A DNA stretch of 64,000 nt from a virus, in the IMG/VR virus record IMGVR_UViG_3300042520_000860, positions 1 through 64,000 of that record. One strand, 5' to 3'. A model generated the notes under the pieces. The model was not told where the DNA came from. It saw nothing but the letters and a program-made list of their open reading frames with translations, and ran no database searches. Shown piece by piece: positions 1 through 9,463 of this stretch (position 1 is its first letter; each line of letters opens with the position of its first letter). Both the position numbers and the translations under genes were made by a program.

Positions 1-42
1 TTTGAAATTTCTTTGCTCATAGTTTTTTTTTGTTGTTTGGGT

Positions 43-531
43 TTATGCTCTGTCCATATCGACTAGCTCATCATAGCTGAGGCCGAACTCTTCTTCAGCA
101 AAGCGGTAAATGTCCTCACTGGTTTGATTGATGTCAGAATCAGAGGTGAGGCCGTTTGTAATATGTGCAACTCCGGCAAACATACAGCCAAGCTCCAAGT
201 AGTGCAGGACAAACTTATCGTTTGGAAACTGCTCAGACAGCTCGGCGATTGCTTGCAAGGGTGGAGACCACGCAGTATCAAACTCGGCGGTGAAGTCGGC
301 TGACTCAGACAAAAGCATGTCGGCAACTTCGCGTTGTTCTTTTTCGTCAATGTCCCATTTGGTTCCCCATTCATTGACGCGCCAACCATACCACGACCCT
401 TTTTCGTCGTTCATCATTTCCGGCGGCGTTGGTTTAATCTTCTCGAAGGACAAGCCTTCGGTTTTCAAGTATTCAGCGAGTTCGGGCGAGCAATCCTCAA
501 TCCGAAGTTTATTGTTACACCAGTTTGGCAT
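43..531 (-). CDS. DUF1281/YubB ferredoxin-like domain protein
   Basis: MPNWCNN start; WYGWRVNEWGTKWD and FDTAWSPP motifs typical of the family. Confidence 0.75.
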   Translation of the reverse strand: MPNWCNNKLRIEDCSPELAEYLKTEGLSFEKIKPTPPEMMNDEKGSWYGWRVNEWGTKWDIDEKEQREVADMLLSESADFTAEFDTAWSPPLQAIAELSEQFPNDKFVLHYLELGCMFAGVAHITNGLTSDSDINQTSEDIYRFAEEEFGLSYDELVDMDRA

Positions 532-548
532 GATCGTAGGTGGTTAAG

Positions 549-941
549 TTATTTAGCCTTGACTGTTACATTTTCTGCGGTGCGCCCTTCAATCGAGCAC
601 ATGCTGGCAACTGCGGAACCCGCAACCTTTTCAACGGTCGTCACGCTCGCGGTGACGCAATCCAGAAGAGTTTCAAGCGGTATCGCTCGCGCAAGTTTGC
701 GCACGTCGATTTCGCTACGAGGTTTGGACTCAATGACCGCGCTGAGGGTTGTTGGCGATCCTTCGATCTCGACCAAAGCCTCGAAGGAGGTAAGGCCGGA
801 TGCTTTCATATCTGCGAAGAGCTTCTTGCGCGCCGCATCATGCTGGCGCTTCAGCTCATTCATCTTTTTGTTGTACTCGTACACCGCCGAAGCGAGTACG
901 TTAAGCTCAGCTTGTTTTTTGCTTGTGCGTTGTGTTTTCAT
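549..941 (-). CDS. hypothetical protein
   Basis: ORF with coiled-coil N-terminus; ATG at 941 after an A/C-rich leader preferred to TTG at 968. Confidence 0.6.
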   Translation of the reverse strand: MKTQRTSKKQAELNVLASAVYEYNKKMNELKRQHDAARKKLFADMKASGLTSFEALVEIEGSPTTLSAVIESKPRSEIDVRKLARAIPLETLLDCVTASVTTVEKVAGSAVASMCSIEGRTAENVTVKAK

Positions 942-964
942 TTTTGGTCTGGGTGGTTTATTGT

Positions 965-1222
965 TCAATTCTCAAGAGTTGGTACTAGGCGAGACTCAAA
1001 GCAGTGCTGCTTGTCAAGCTGGCGTTGGAGTATTCTGCCAAGCGAGTTGACAGAGCGGTTGTGGATGCCGTTATGCGGAGCCTGAAGCTCAACAACGATC
1101 TTGAACTCGCTCACGACCAGTAGCTTGATTGGGAATGTACGGCGGAGCATCCATCCGCGAATTGACTTGGCCGCCGAGGCAACGTCCATCGGGGTATCGC
1201 TTGTGAAGGTAAAGATACTCAT
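965..1222 (-). CDS. hypothetical protein
   Basis: GAAAGGAG SD and ATGA overlap with the upstream gene. Confidence 0.6.
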   Translation of the reverse strand: MSIFTFTSDTPMDVASAAKSIRGWMLRRTFPIKLLVVSEFKIVVELQAPHNGIHNRSVNSLGRILQRQLDKQHCFESRLVPTLEN

Positions 1223-1380
1223 GGCGCACTCCTTTCCATGGAACGGATTACGCGAACGTACTCCGAAACATTTTCCCTTGGTGTAAACCTTCCGCCTTTG
1301 AACGAATGACGATTCTTGAACTCAAAGCGAACAGCCTGCCTAGCAGCCCTTGCCATTGTGATCGTAGCCTCAGCCTTCAT
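1219..1380 (-). CDS. small hypothetical protein (MKAEAT...)
   Basis: Fits the overlapping gene string; start trimmed to ATG 1380. Confidence 0.45.
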   Translation of the reverse strand: MKAEATITMARAARQAVRFEFKNRHSFKGGRFTPRENVSEYVRVIRSMERSAP

Positions 1381-1534
1381 ACGAGACCCTTTCTGTTGGT
1401 TCACTTGCGCGGATGCGTGAATCGATGTCAGACGGCCCTCCGAAGGTGCCAGAGGTGACTGCAATCCCAAGCAGGATTGCGGCGAGGCCAAGGGCAAGCA
1501 GTAGCCAATGGCGGATGGTCATTGAGTCATTCAT
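1370..1534 (-). CDS. small membrane protein
   Basis: WLLLALGLAAILLGIAV transmembrane segment; SD and ATGA overlap at 1531-1534. Confidence 0.55.
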   Translation of the reverse strand: MNDSMTIRHWLLLALGLAAILLGIAVTSGTFGGPSDIDSRIRASEPTERVSYEG

Positions 1535-1800
1535 GCCGATGCTCCTTTCAATAGGTTGAGGATGTCTTGGCGAAGAAGTTCCTCGCCGCACTCTTGAAAG
1601 GCGATCCCACCTCCAAAGTCACTGCCGCGATAGCGACGGCCTCCGATCTTTTTCGAACGCGCAAGCGCTCGCTCGAACAGCCACGGTATGCGCCCTTGCT
1701 CAGGAGAGGCGGATCGTTCCTCATGTGTGACTAGGTCTAGGAAGTGGACGACGAAGCGTCCGTTGCCGTTAATGTCGTTTTTGATTCTAGTAAGTTGCAT
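1531..1800 (-). CDS. conserved phage hypothetical protein
   Basis: NDINGNGRFVVHFL...KIGGRRY...GGGIAFQ pattern recalled from small phage early proteins. Confidence 0.65.
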   Translation of the reverse strand: MQLTRIKNDINGNGRFVVHFLDLVTHEERSASPEQGRIPWLFERALARSKKIGGRRYRGSDFGGGIAFQECGEELLRQDILNLLKGASA

Positions 1801-1818
1801 GGTTCGTTTTGATTGGTT

Positions 1819-2103
1819 TTAGTTTTTGGATTTGGCTTTCAAGCTCTTGCGTGCTTGTGACGCTTGATTGATTTCCTGAAGGACGAGGCCACGGGCCTCG
1901 CGGAATAGGCGGCTCGATTGCTTGTTCAGGCTCCTTAGACGATCGCGGTCAGCTTTTGACCAGCGCGCCGGATTTGATCCGAACTCGCTGACCAGCTTAT
2001 CCGCTAAAGCATCAGCATCTTCGAGTATTTGTTTTGCTAAGCCGAGAACGGCTTCGTGGGATTGTGTATTGGTCATGGACTTGTTGTCAGTAGTATTGTT
2101 CAT
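1819..2103 (-). CDS. hypothetical protein
   Basis: ORF in the early-gene string. Confidence 0.55.
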   Translation of the reverse strand: MNNTTDNKSMTNTQSHEAVLGLAKQILEDADALADKLVSEFGSNPARWSKADRDRLRSLNKQSSRLFREARGLVLQEINQASQARKSLKAKSKN

Positions 2104-2146
2104 GTCTATTGGTTGGATTTAGTTGTGCCTCTGTTTCAATAGTTGG

Positions 2147-2533
2147 TTAGTGCTTGCTGAAATACTTGCTGATAAGGTCACGAGCGCGGATAAGTTGGCC
2201 ATCACGGTAAGACCTAACGCTGTCATTGGTTCTGCCGGAATAAGTGTCACTTGGGGACTCGGTGAGCAGATTGATCAGGCACTCATGGCCATAGCCGCCC
2301 GCTTCCTCAGCAGCGATGAACTTGGCCAAGCAATCGATTTTTCCCTCTTTTTCGTAAAGCCCTCTGGGGTGCATACGCATGTCGGTGATACGGGCCTCGC
2401 CAGCGGCGACCTTGGTCAGCGATTCGATATGCTTCAGCACGTCGTCGCGGTAATGGGCTTTGGAATAGTCTAGTTCCTTTTTGAGTCTGTCCATTTGGAC
2501 TTCGGTCAAGGCGGCGGTTGATGTAGTGGTCAT
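2147..2533 (-). CDS. hypothetical protein, first gene after promoter repeat A
   Basis: ORF with AACC-rich leader ending GACCATG. Confidence 0.65.
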   Translation of the reverse strand: MTTTSTAALTEVQMDRLKKELDYSKAHYRDDVLKHIESLTKVAAGEARITDMRMHPRGLYEKEGKIDCLAKFIAAEEAGGYGHECLINLLTESPSDTYSGRTNDSVRSYRDGQLIRARDLISKYFSKH

Positions 2534-2738
2534 GGTCGTTATTTTCTATTTGTTTGGTTTGGTTTGGTTTATTGCCTATTTGCTGGCAACGAAATCAACC
2601 TACCTTATGCCCTTTCGTTTTGCAAACTTTTTCTCGTAAATCTTTAAAATCCTTGTGTTTATGCGCCCTCTAGCTCCTAAATAGTTGCAAACTATTTGCA
2701 AACTATTTGCAAAACGTGCAAATTTTCCTCATCTTTTC
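2534..2738 (-). repeat. promoter module repeat copy A (5' truncated)
   Basis: Near-identical to 14266-14503 and 63390-63631. Confidence 0.9.
2597..2625 (-). promoter_or_regulatory. sigma70-type early promoter TTGCAA-N17-TAGGTT
   Basis: 17-bp spacing, AT-rich upstream sequence, conserved in three copies. Confidence 0.7.
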
Positions 2739-2754
2739 CGGGAAATTTGCCCTT

Positions 2755-5493
2755 TCAATCTTTAGCCCATTGCGGGCGTACCGCCTTCACATCGGGACGC
2801 TCGTTTAATGCAGCAAGCGTATCACCTACCGAAACGTCAGACGCAATCGGCAAAGGCGGAGTGATGTCGAACAGATCCTCCAACGGATTGTTTTGCATGT
2901 ACCATTTCAAAGCTGACGCAGCTTCGTCGATTGAATCTTTGCGTGCTTCAATGACCACTGCGTCATGAATGAAAGCAACCGCGCGCATTCGGTCACGTGG
3001 GCAGTCTCGATCAAATCTTGCGAGCGCAAGTACTCCTAAGTCGGAAGCGAATCGTTGCACGGGTGAGTTGACCGCTTGGCGCTCAGTCTCTTGCTTGATC
3101 TTGTCCTCATTCGATTTGATCGATGGCAAGCGGCGCAATGCACCATGCAACGCTCGTACATAACCATGCTCGCGCACGAATGCTTTCATGGTCTTGTGCC
3201 AACTCTCCAACGAGGGGTAGAGAGTGAAGAACCGCGTGCGGATTGCCTCGGCTTGCTTTGGCGTGAAAGTGACACCGTAGTCAGTCTTGGCGTAGTCCAT
3301 GAACTTCGTCCACCACATGCCGTAGAGGAATCCGAAGTTGATTGCCTTGGCCTTTTGTCGGTCTTCCTTTTTCACGTCCTCAATCGGGATGTTCATCACG
3401 CCAGCCGCAGTCGCCGCATGAATGTCACCACCATCTTGGTAAATCTTCAGCATCTTTTTATCATTGGCCATCCACGCCGCAATCCGCAACTCAGCTTGTG
3501 ACAAGTCAGCTTCAATGAATACAAAGCCATCGGTAGGAATGAAGATCCGACGAAAGTCCTTGGCGGTTTGCCCCCGCTTAGGGAAGTTCTGCGCGTTGGG
3601 GTTTTGCGATGAGGTGCGGCCTGTCACGGTATTGTCCAAGCGGAACGACGGATGCACACGCCCGCCTTGCAAGTATTGCCAAAAGCCAGAGGCAGGCTTT
3701 TCTTTGGCCTTGAATACTTGGCCGTTCTCATCAACGCGCAGCGGCCCGACTTCAATCAAGGTGCCTTGCGGCTGAATCATTTCGTCAATCGGTTGCGTAT
3801 TCTCCGCGAGAAATACGCTGGCTTGATTGAGTAGCTTTTCAACCGCAAGCGGCAACCGCCCGCTTTTCAATCGCTTAACCACTTGATAATCAACGCCACC
3901 GCGCTCGCCGATGTAAGTACTGCGCATCTTTTGCAGCTTCTTGTACTCAATCAACTTCGCCACGAATGGAACATGGTCAAAGAACGGCAGGTGCTGCTTG
4001 CTACTGACCGATGGAATACGCTCCGACTTTTTACCGCCGGAGCTGCCCTTGGTAAAGACCACAGGCTCCAAACCAAACCCATCCTTTGAAAAGAGAAGAT
4101 CGGCCACAAATGAATCGCGCGAGAATGAAAGTCCCTTGTCTTCATGCCTTCGCATTACGGCGGGGGCTTTCTGAGCTGACAATTTCAAAAGCTCCTCATA
4201 CGACACTTTTTCTTTGACGGAGTAGTTTGCGCCCAAGTCTTCCAGCGCCGGAACATCAATGCCAATGCCAGTGGCTTCCATGTTGACGAATGCACGAAGG
4301 CCAGCCATTTGAATGTGCATGAAGGTATTCCACTGCCGATCATCCTTTCGACATTCTTTTGCCAGCGCAATCATCAAGCGAAAGCACGCATCGGTATCAC
4401 CACCCGCATAACGGATCATCTGGTCATGCGGCACCAAGTCCATACGACTTTTGCCTTGATGAACTTCTGCTGAATTGAACGCATCCGCATAGCCAGCCAT
4501 CTCAGGCACCCAGCGGCGCGTACATTCATCAAGACTCTTACGCTCCATGTTCTCATCCACTGCAAACGCCAACTGCATGGTATCAGCATACCAGTTAGAA
4601 ACTTTCACGCCGTGGTTGCGCAAATGATGCAAATCAAACTTGAGGTTGTGGCCAACCACGCGGCATTCGGAGTCACCAAGCAACTGGTTCAGTTGATTGA
4701 CAAGTTTTGCAAGGTTTGCAGAGGTGAGCTGTGGCAGGTGCTTTGATGAGTCACCGCGCAACGCCGGATTATTAAAGTAGCCCAAGGATAGCGGCACAAT
4801 CAACGCGTGGCCTTGCTTGTAAGAGAGTTGCAGAGTCAAGATGCGAGGCTCACCATGCGCCCATTCAAAGCCAAGAGTTTCGGTATCGAGCGTCAAGCAA
4901 TCGGGTTGATGGTCAATCAACGGTTGCAAGTCCAAGCACCATTCGTAATGCGCCTCGTCCGCCACACTTTCAAAGATGGTCGAATCCCATGCGGCATCTT
5001 TGAGCGAACCGATTTGCAAAAAGTCACCCTCAACGATTGGTAGAATCTCAGGACGGCGTAGCGCGTGCGCGGGCGATAGTAGTGGAAGTAGTTTGACGCC
5101 AGCGCGAGCGGCGCAATCAACAAGCGTGCCTCGCGCTTCGGTGATCTTAACCGAACGCCCTACCACTTGTCGCAGGGCGGTCTTGCCAAGCGTAACCACC
5201 AAGCGAAGATTCGGCATTGATTGAATGACTGTCAGCAACTCGTCGCGATAGTCAGCCAAAAACTCACCGACCTTGCGCTCACTATGTGCAATGTCTTCAG
5301 GAATTGGCGGGCATGGCGTAACCATGCGTATCTCGCTGCCTTTGATGCCGTTTGATTCAACCAAGCGGCGCATCAGCGTCATTTGCGCGCTGCTCATCAC
5401 TTGGTCAAGACCATAGTCCTTTGCGCTGGGCGCATCGGTCACGAATAAGATCACGGCGTCTTCATTGCCGAGTGCGTTTAATTTGTTTTCCAT
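2755..5493 (-). CDS. polA: family A DNA polymerase with N-terminal UDG-like domain and 3'-5' exonuclease
   Basis: Exonuclease motifs DTET, HNLKFD, YAGGD; motif A DLSQAELR, motif B KAINFGFLYG, motif C IHDA; N-terminal VVTLGKTA...ITEARG UDG-like segment. Confidence 0.92.
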   Translation of the reverse strand: MENKLNALGNEDAVILFVTDAPSAKDYGLDQVMSSAQMTLMRRLVESNGIKGSEIRMVTPCPPIPEDIAHSERKVGEFLADYRDELLTVIQSMPNLRLVVTLGKTALRQVVGRSVKITEARGTLVDCAARAGVKLLPLLSPAHALRRPEILPIVEGDFLQIGSLKDAAWDSTIFESVADEAHYEWCLDLQPLIDHQPDCLTLDTETLGFEWAHGEPRILTLQLSYKQGHALIVPLSLGYFNNPALRGDSSKHLPQLTSANLAKLVNQLNQLLGDSECRVVGHNLKFDLHHLRNHGVKVSNWYADTMQLAFAVDENMERKSLDECTRRWVPEMAGYADAFNSAEVHQGKSRMDLVPHDQMIRYAGGDTDACFRLMIALAKECRKDDRQWNTFMHIQMAGLRAFVNMEATGIGIDVPALEDLGANYSVKEKVSYEELLKLSAQKAPAVMRRHEDKGLSFSRDSFVADLLFSKDGFGLEPVVFTKGSSGGKKSERIPSVSSKQHLPFFDHVPFVAKLIEYKKLQKMRSTYIGERGGVDYQVVKRLKSGRLPLAVEKLLNQASVFLAENTQPIDEMIQPQGTLIEVGPLRVDENGQVFKAKEKPASGFWQYLQGGRVHPSFRLDNTVTGRTSSQNPNAQNFPKRGQTAKDFRRIFIPTDGFVFIEADLSQAELRIAAWMANDKKMLKIYQDGGDIHAATAAGVMNIPIEDVKKEDRQKAKAINFGFLYGMWWTKFMDYAKTDYGVTFTPKQAEAIRTRFFTLYPSLESWHKTMKAFVREHGYVRALHGALRRLPSIKSNEDKIKQETERQAVNSPVQRFASDLGVLALARFDRDCPRDRMRAVAFIHDAVVIEARKDSIDEAASALKWYMQNNPLEDLFDITPPLPIASDVSVGDTLAALNERPDVKAVRPQWAKD

Positions 5494-5506
5494 TGTTGAC
5501 TAGTAG

Positions 5507-6793
5507 TTAAAGCATCCATGAAGTGTCAACGATGGGCAAATCCTCGCCATCGTCATCAAGCATGATCTCGTCAAAATTGACAGGGTTAAAGCGAAAGTTG
5601 ATACCAAAGCTCGGTACTTCACCTTCGCGGTTTTTCATTACGTGCACCATGCGCCGCGTTTCACCGAACGGCGGCTTCCATGGCGAAAGCCCCAGCACAA
5701 TACTGGCATCCTGCGGAATCGAATCCGATCCGGCAATGTCACTGAGGTCTGGAATTTCAGAGCCACTTTTTTTCGATGAACGGTTCTTCTGATTGCGGTT
5801 GAACTGCACCGATACGATCACGGGCCTATCTTTATGCAAGGCCAGTTGTTTGAGTTCACGAATAACATCGCTGATTGCCTCCCACCGCGATACTGAGCCA
5901 CTTTTTCGAGCGGCGGGTGAAAGCAAGTAAGCGGCATCGACATAAAGCACATCGGGCTCAAACTCATCCATCATCTGTGCAATGCCTGCGACATTCTTTT
6001 TCATGTCGCCACGGAATAAGTGAACTGGCGCAGAAGTGGAAAGCTCGGCCACGCGTTGCAGCATTTCAGTTTCTGACCAGTGCGCAAGATTACCAGCGCG
6101 GATGTCATTTGGATTGATACCAGTCAGTCCACCGATCCAGCGGCGAGCAATTTGCGTCAAGCTCATCTCCATCGAAGCGAAGGCAATCGAACGGCCTTTG
6201 CGGTGCGCATCGAGCGCCAGCTCCAACATCGCCCAAGACTTGCCCATACCGGGACGCCCCGCGATGACAATCAAGTCACCGCCCATCGCGCCATTGGTCG
6301 CTTGATTGAGCGTGTCCCAGCGCAAACCCACTCCACGCAAGCCGGGATGCGCCTTAGCAAAGTTGTAATCATCCAGTACGCGTTGCGCTTCCGTTGCAAG
6401 CGCCGAGTAGTTGCTAGCTTCAACTTTACCAGCGGCCTCGCTCAGCATCTCGCGCAATACGACCAAGGCTTGATCCATGTTGCGGTTGCGCAGTGATTCC
6501 GCAAGCAAGGGATGGCGGCTATTGACCGCGTTGTACGCTGCGCGCCTGCGCAACTGAGCCGCATAGTAAGCACACGGCTCTGGATCAGCGTTGCCGCCAA
6601 TGGTAATTCCATCTATTTGCAAAGTCTGCAAACTTGGAAGCTGACCATAACTGGCGACATGGGTGGCCACTGCTTCAAACGCCGAGCGCTCTTCTTCAAG
6701 GTACAAGTCGCGGTCGCTATGATTGCGGAATAACGCCACCGCATTCTGCGCAATCGCAGTGCGAAGGAATCGAAAGCCTAGGGATGAACTCAT
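5507..6793 (-). CDS. dnaB: DnaB-like replicative helicase
   Basis: Walker A GRPGMGKS, SMEMS, YVDAAY, QFNR, KNREG. Confidence 0.9.
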   Translation of the reverse strand: MSSSLGFRFLRTAIAQNAVALFRNHSDRDLYLEEERSAFEAVATHVASYGQLPSLQTLQIDGITIGGNADPEPCAYYAAQLRRRAAYNAVNSRHPLLAESLRNRNMDQALVVLREMLSEAAGKVEASNYSALATEAQRVLDDYNFAKAHPGLRGVGLRWDTLNQATNGAMGGDLIVIAGRPGMGKSWAMLELALDAHRKGRSIAFASMEMSLTQIARRWIGGLTGINPNDIRAGNLAHWSETEMLQRVAELSTSAPVHLFRGDMKKNVAGIAQMMDEFEPDVLYVDAAYLLSPAARKSGSVSRWEAISDVIRELKQLALHKDRPVIVSVQFNRNQKNRSSKKSGSEIPDLSDIAGSDSIPQDASIVLGLSPWKPPFGETRRMVHVMKNREGEVPSFGINFRFNPVNFDEIMLDDDGEDLPIVDTSWML

Positions 6794-7413
6794 GCGGCTC
6801 CTTTCGTTGCGAGGGTTGTCAGACTTCCTTTGGTCAAGCGAATCGGGCCGCCATCAAAAGTCAGCACCTTGCGATCATTAAATAGACTGCGGAAGCCAGC
6901 CGACCACCAATCACAAAGGTCAAGACTACCGTCGCCTTGAAAGAAAAGCGACTTGTTGTTGAGCATCCAAGTACGGAGCATCCATTCAATCTCAAAAGAC
7001 AATGGGTTTTCATACGGGTTGCTGCCTTTGCCAATCGCGCCAATCACGAATAGGTATTCACGCTCGACCAAGTCCTCAAGCGCCTCGACACTGCGAGGCT
7101 CAGCTTTGGTTCTGAGCAGGGAGGCCAAGCGCGTCAGTGGAAATACCGTCACGCTATGCCCTTTGAGTACCAAGGCGCGCGCAAGCAAGTAGCTGATGTT
7201 CATACCATCTATGCCGTCCAAGCGGCATTCCAAGGTTTTGCCAAGCGCGGCATCAGTCCGTGCATTGGGCAACCAGCCCTCGGCCAACTGCCGTGAAGGA
7301 TCGGGCAAGTTTTTGAGGCTGCTGGTTTTATTGTGATAAGCCGCTGGAATGTTTGCAGACCAGAGGGCTTTGACTACTTCTTCATCGGTTAATAGCGGGT
7401 GTTCTATGTGCAT
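6790..7413 (-). CDS. putative degenerate DnaC/IstB-like helicase loader
   Basis: Lies between initiator and helicase; ANIPAAY start and AAA-like strand pattern, but no intact Walker A. Confidence 0.4.
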   Translation of the reverse strand: MHIEHPLLTDEEVVKALWSANIPAAYHNKTSSLKNLPDPSRQLAEGWLPNARTDAALGKTLECRLDGIDGMNISYLLARALVLKGHSVTVFPLTRLASLLRTKAEPRSVEALEDLVEREYLFVIGAIGKGSNPYENPLSFEIEWMLRTWMLNNKSLFFQGDGSLDLCDWWSAGFRSLFNDRKVLTFDGGPIRLTKGSLTTLATKGAA

Positions 7414-7472
7414 TGTTCGGGTGGGTGAGCATAAAATAAAAGTTTGAGAAGGTTAAGCAAAAAGAATGTAAA

Positions 7473-8906
7473 TCATTCCCATTGCTCAAAGGTGCCATCA
7501 GTGGCGGTGGGTTGAGTTTGCCGTACCTTGCGCCACGTAGCATTTCGCTCGGCAGCGGCGGTATGGTCAGCCTTGGCATTTTCAAAGGCGGCCTGTTGGC
7601 GTTTGAGTTGATTAGCGGCGGCCTCAGCATCTTGCTTGGCCTTGAGCAATCCAAGGCGCTCGTCGACCTCACGCTCGGCGGTAGAGCGGTCAGTGCCTTT
7701 GCGAATGCGCATCTCAATTTCGCGATCGCGAGTAGATAGACCCGCCATGCGCTCAAGCGACTGTCGACCAGCCCATGCTTGCTCGAAGCGATCGGAAAAT
7801 TTCACAAGGAAACGAATAGACGGTACAGACGGAGAGCTGGCCTTCATCCATGCGAACTGAGCCTCGCGAATCGTATGCCAGCGCTCAATCAACCATGACA
7901 AGTAGTCAAGCCACTCGGTATTGGTTCTGGCTTTCGATGCCGCAACGAATCGCTTGCCATACTTGTGAAGGATTAAGCAATCGGTTTTTGTCACCGCCAA
8001 GTGATTGGCATCTGGATGAAGTGAAAGGCATAAGCCATGCCACGCTTTATTTACGGAATTAAAACGCCACGCGTTGATTTTGCCTTGGCGTTGATTTGCA
8101 GACTTGCGGCTAACGGAGTCCATCAACTGTGCAACAGCAAGCAAGCCCTCGCCCTGCGAAGCGGGGCCGCTGAGCGAAGCGCTCGGTGTAGTTTCTTCTT
8201 TTGCGTAGCATTTATCTTTTCTTTTCTTATGTAAACGTAAAGAAATTTTACAATCCTCTGTAAAATTATTTTCCATTTCTGGTTTTTTTGTAAAATTATT
8301 TTCCATTTCAGAGGATTCAACTTTTTGCACAGTTTGCAAATGTTGCAATCTTTTTGGCTTAGCTAGTGGCATATCTTGCAGAGTTTGAGTTTCATCGGGG
8401 TTCCATTCATAATTTAATGCGTAGGCTTTCCGCCGTGCATCTTTGCGCAAGCGAAGCGCACCGCGCGAAATCAAAGCGTTCAGGCACTTAGAAAGCGTTG
8501 GTCGGGTAATGACTAGGCCCGTAGAATAAATTTTGCCATCAGCGCCGACTACGCCATTGATGAAATGATCAGTCCGAATCACTTCCCATTCTTTTCCCCA
8601 GCCTGCGGTGCGATCAAATACGAACTGCGCAACAAGGAACTCATTCGGTGATAAGTGGGGACGCCAAACGCGAAACAGTATCTTGAACCATTCGCGGAAC
8701 TCAATCGGATTTTTCATTGACCCATCACCAAAAAAATTGATTGACGAGTCAGCGTCCGATGCTAAGTTGGCGGTGCGTTCATGGTCTGGGCGCGTTCTAT
8801 TTGTATTGTTCATTAGCTTGACCCGCCTCCCTTTAACAGGAGGCGGGTCTTCTTTTGCAACTCCAGACGGCAGACCAATGCCGATAGGAAATTCAGTCGA
8901 AGACAT
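7473..8906 (-). CDS. putative replication initiator (lambda O-like organisation)
   Basis: N-terminal winged-HTH-like region (ITRPTLSKCLNALISRG); internal AT-rich repeats; upstream of loader and helicase; start codon uncertain. Confidence 0.6.
   Translation of the reverse strand: MSSTEFPIGIGLPSGVAKEDPPPVKGRRVKLMNNTNRTRPDHERTANLASDADSSINFFGDGSMKNPIEFREWFKILFRVWRPHLSPNEFLVAQFVFDRTAGWGKEWEVIRTDHFINGVVGADGKIYSTGLVITRPTLSKCLNALISRGALRLRKDARRKAYALNYEWNPDETQTLQDMPLAKPKRLQHLQTVQKVESSEMENNFTKKPEMENNFTEDCKISLRLHKKRKDKCYAKEETTPSASLSGPASQGEGLLAVAQLMDSVSRKSANQRQGKINAWRFNSVNKAWHGLCLSLHPDANHLAVTKTDCLILHKYGKRFVAASKARTNTEWLDYLSWLIERWHTIREAQFAWMKASSPSVPSIRFLVKFSDRFEQAWAGRQSLERMAGLSTRDREIEMRIRKGTDRSTAEREVDERLGLLKAKQDAEAAANQLKRQQAAFENAKADHTAAAERNATWRKVRQTQPTATDGTFEQWE
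8200..8350. other. putative replication origin inside the initiator gene
   Basis: 21-bp direct repeat TGTAAAATTATTTTCCATTTC at 8259-8279 and 8289-8309; inverted half-copy at 8244-8252; AT-rich; triple TTGCAA-type array at 8325-8348. Confidence 0.55.
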
Positions 8907-9252
8907 AGAAGTCCTTTCCACCTTTGACAGCCGCTTGAATTAAATCGACCTCAGTCGCAACGGCGGAGTCATAGTCTTTGAAAAGTAATAAGCCGCCGCC
9001 GTCAACCGCCACATGGTCGCAACCTTGCGTTAGGAAAGCACATAAGAAGCGGTCAGCATAGCGGTTGCGCAATCGACCTTGCAGGAAACGAATCTTCCAT
9101 TGCTGAGCGTCTTCGCACCATTCAATGTCCGTGACTCGTTTGATTGACGCGTTACCAAAGTCCCTAAGGTCAAGGCCGTCAGTTTTGAATTGAAGACCCT
9201 TGATTGAACCATCGGTTTTGACGCTTATGACTTGCGTGGTGAGCTTTGTCAT
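8893..9252 (-). CDS. hypothetical protein of the AAA/DUF1257/DUF2997 module
   Basis: LDLRDFGNASIKRVTDIEW motif; gene context. Confidence 0.6.
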   Translation of the reverse strand: MTKLTTQVISVKTDGSIKGLQFKTDGLDLRDFGNASIKRVTDIEWCEDAQQWKIRFLQGRLRNRYADRFLCAFLTQGCDHVAVDGGGLLLFKDYDSAVATEVDLIQAAVKGGKDFYVFD

Positions 9253-9267
9253 TGTCTGGTGGGTAGG

Positions 9268-9459
9268 TTAGAGCGTGAGCTGGTTGCCGTCCTCAGATTC
9301 AGCTTGTAGGAACATCTCTGGCTTATCTACGCGAACGGTCTCAGCGCCGAGCGCATCTTCGATTGGCTTTGTGAATTTAAGACAGTCGCCACCACTGAAG
9401 CCGTGCGCTTCGATGACTGGCTTGCCGTCCTTGTCGATTGTTATGGTTATGGTTTTCAT
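9268..9459 (-). CDS. DUF2997 family protein
   Basis: ITITIDKDG...EAHGFSGGDC...TKPIEDALG signature. Confidence 0.8.
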   Translation of the reverse strand: MKTITITIDKDGKPVIEAHGFSGGDCLKFTKPIEDALGAETVRVDKPEMFLQAESEDGNQLTL

Positions 9460-9463
9460 GAAG

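Noticed and set aside
3690-3905. Possible intein or intron in PolA
   Set aside because: No Cys/Ser start with His-Asn end, no LAGLIDADG motif, too short, and the frame is continuous.
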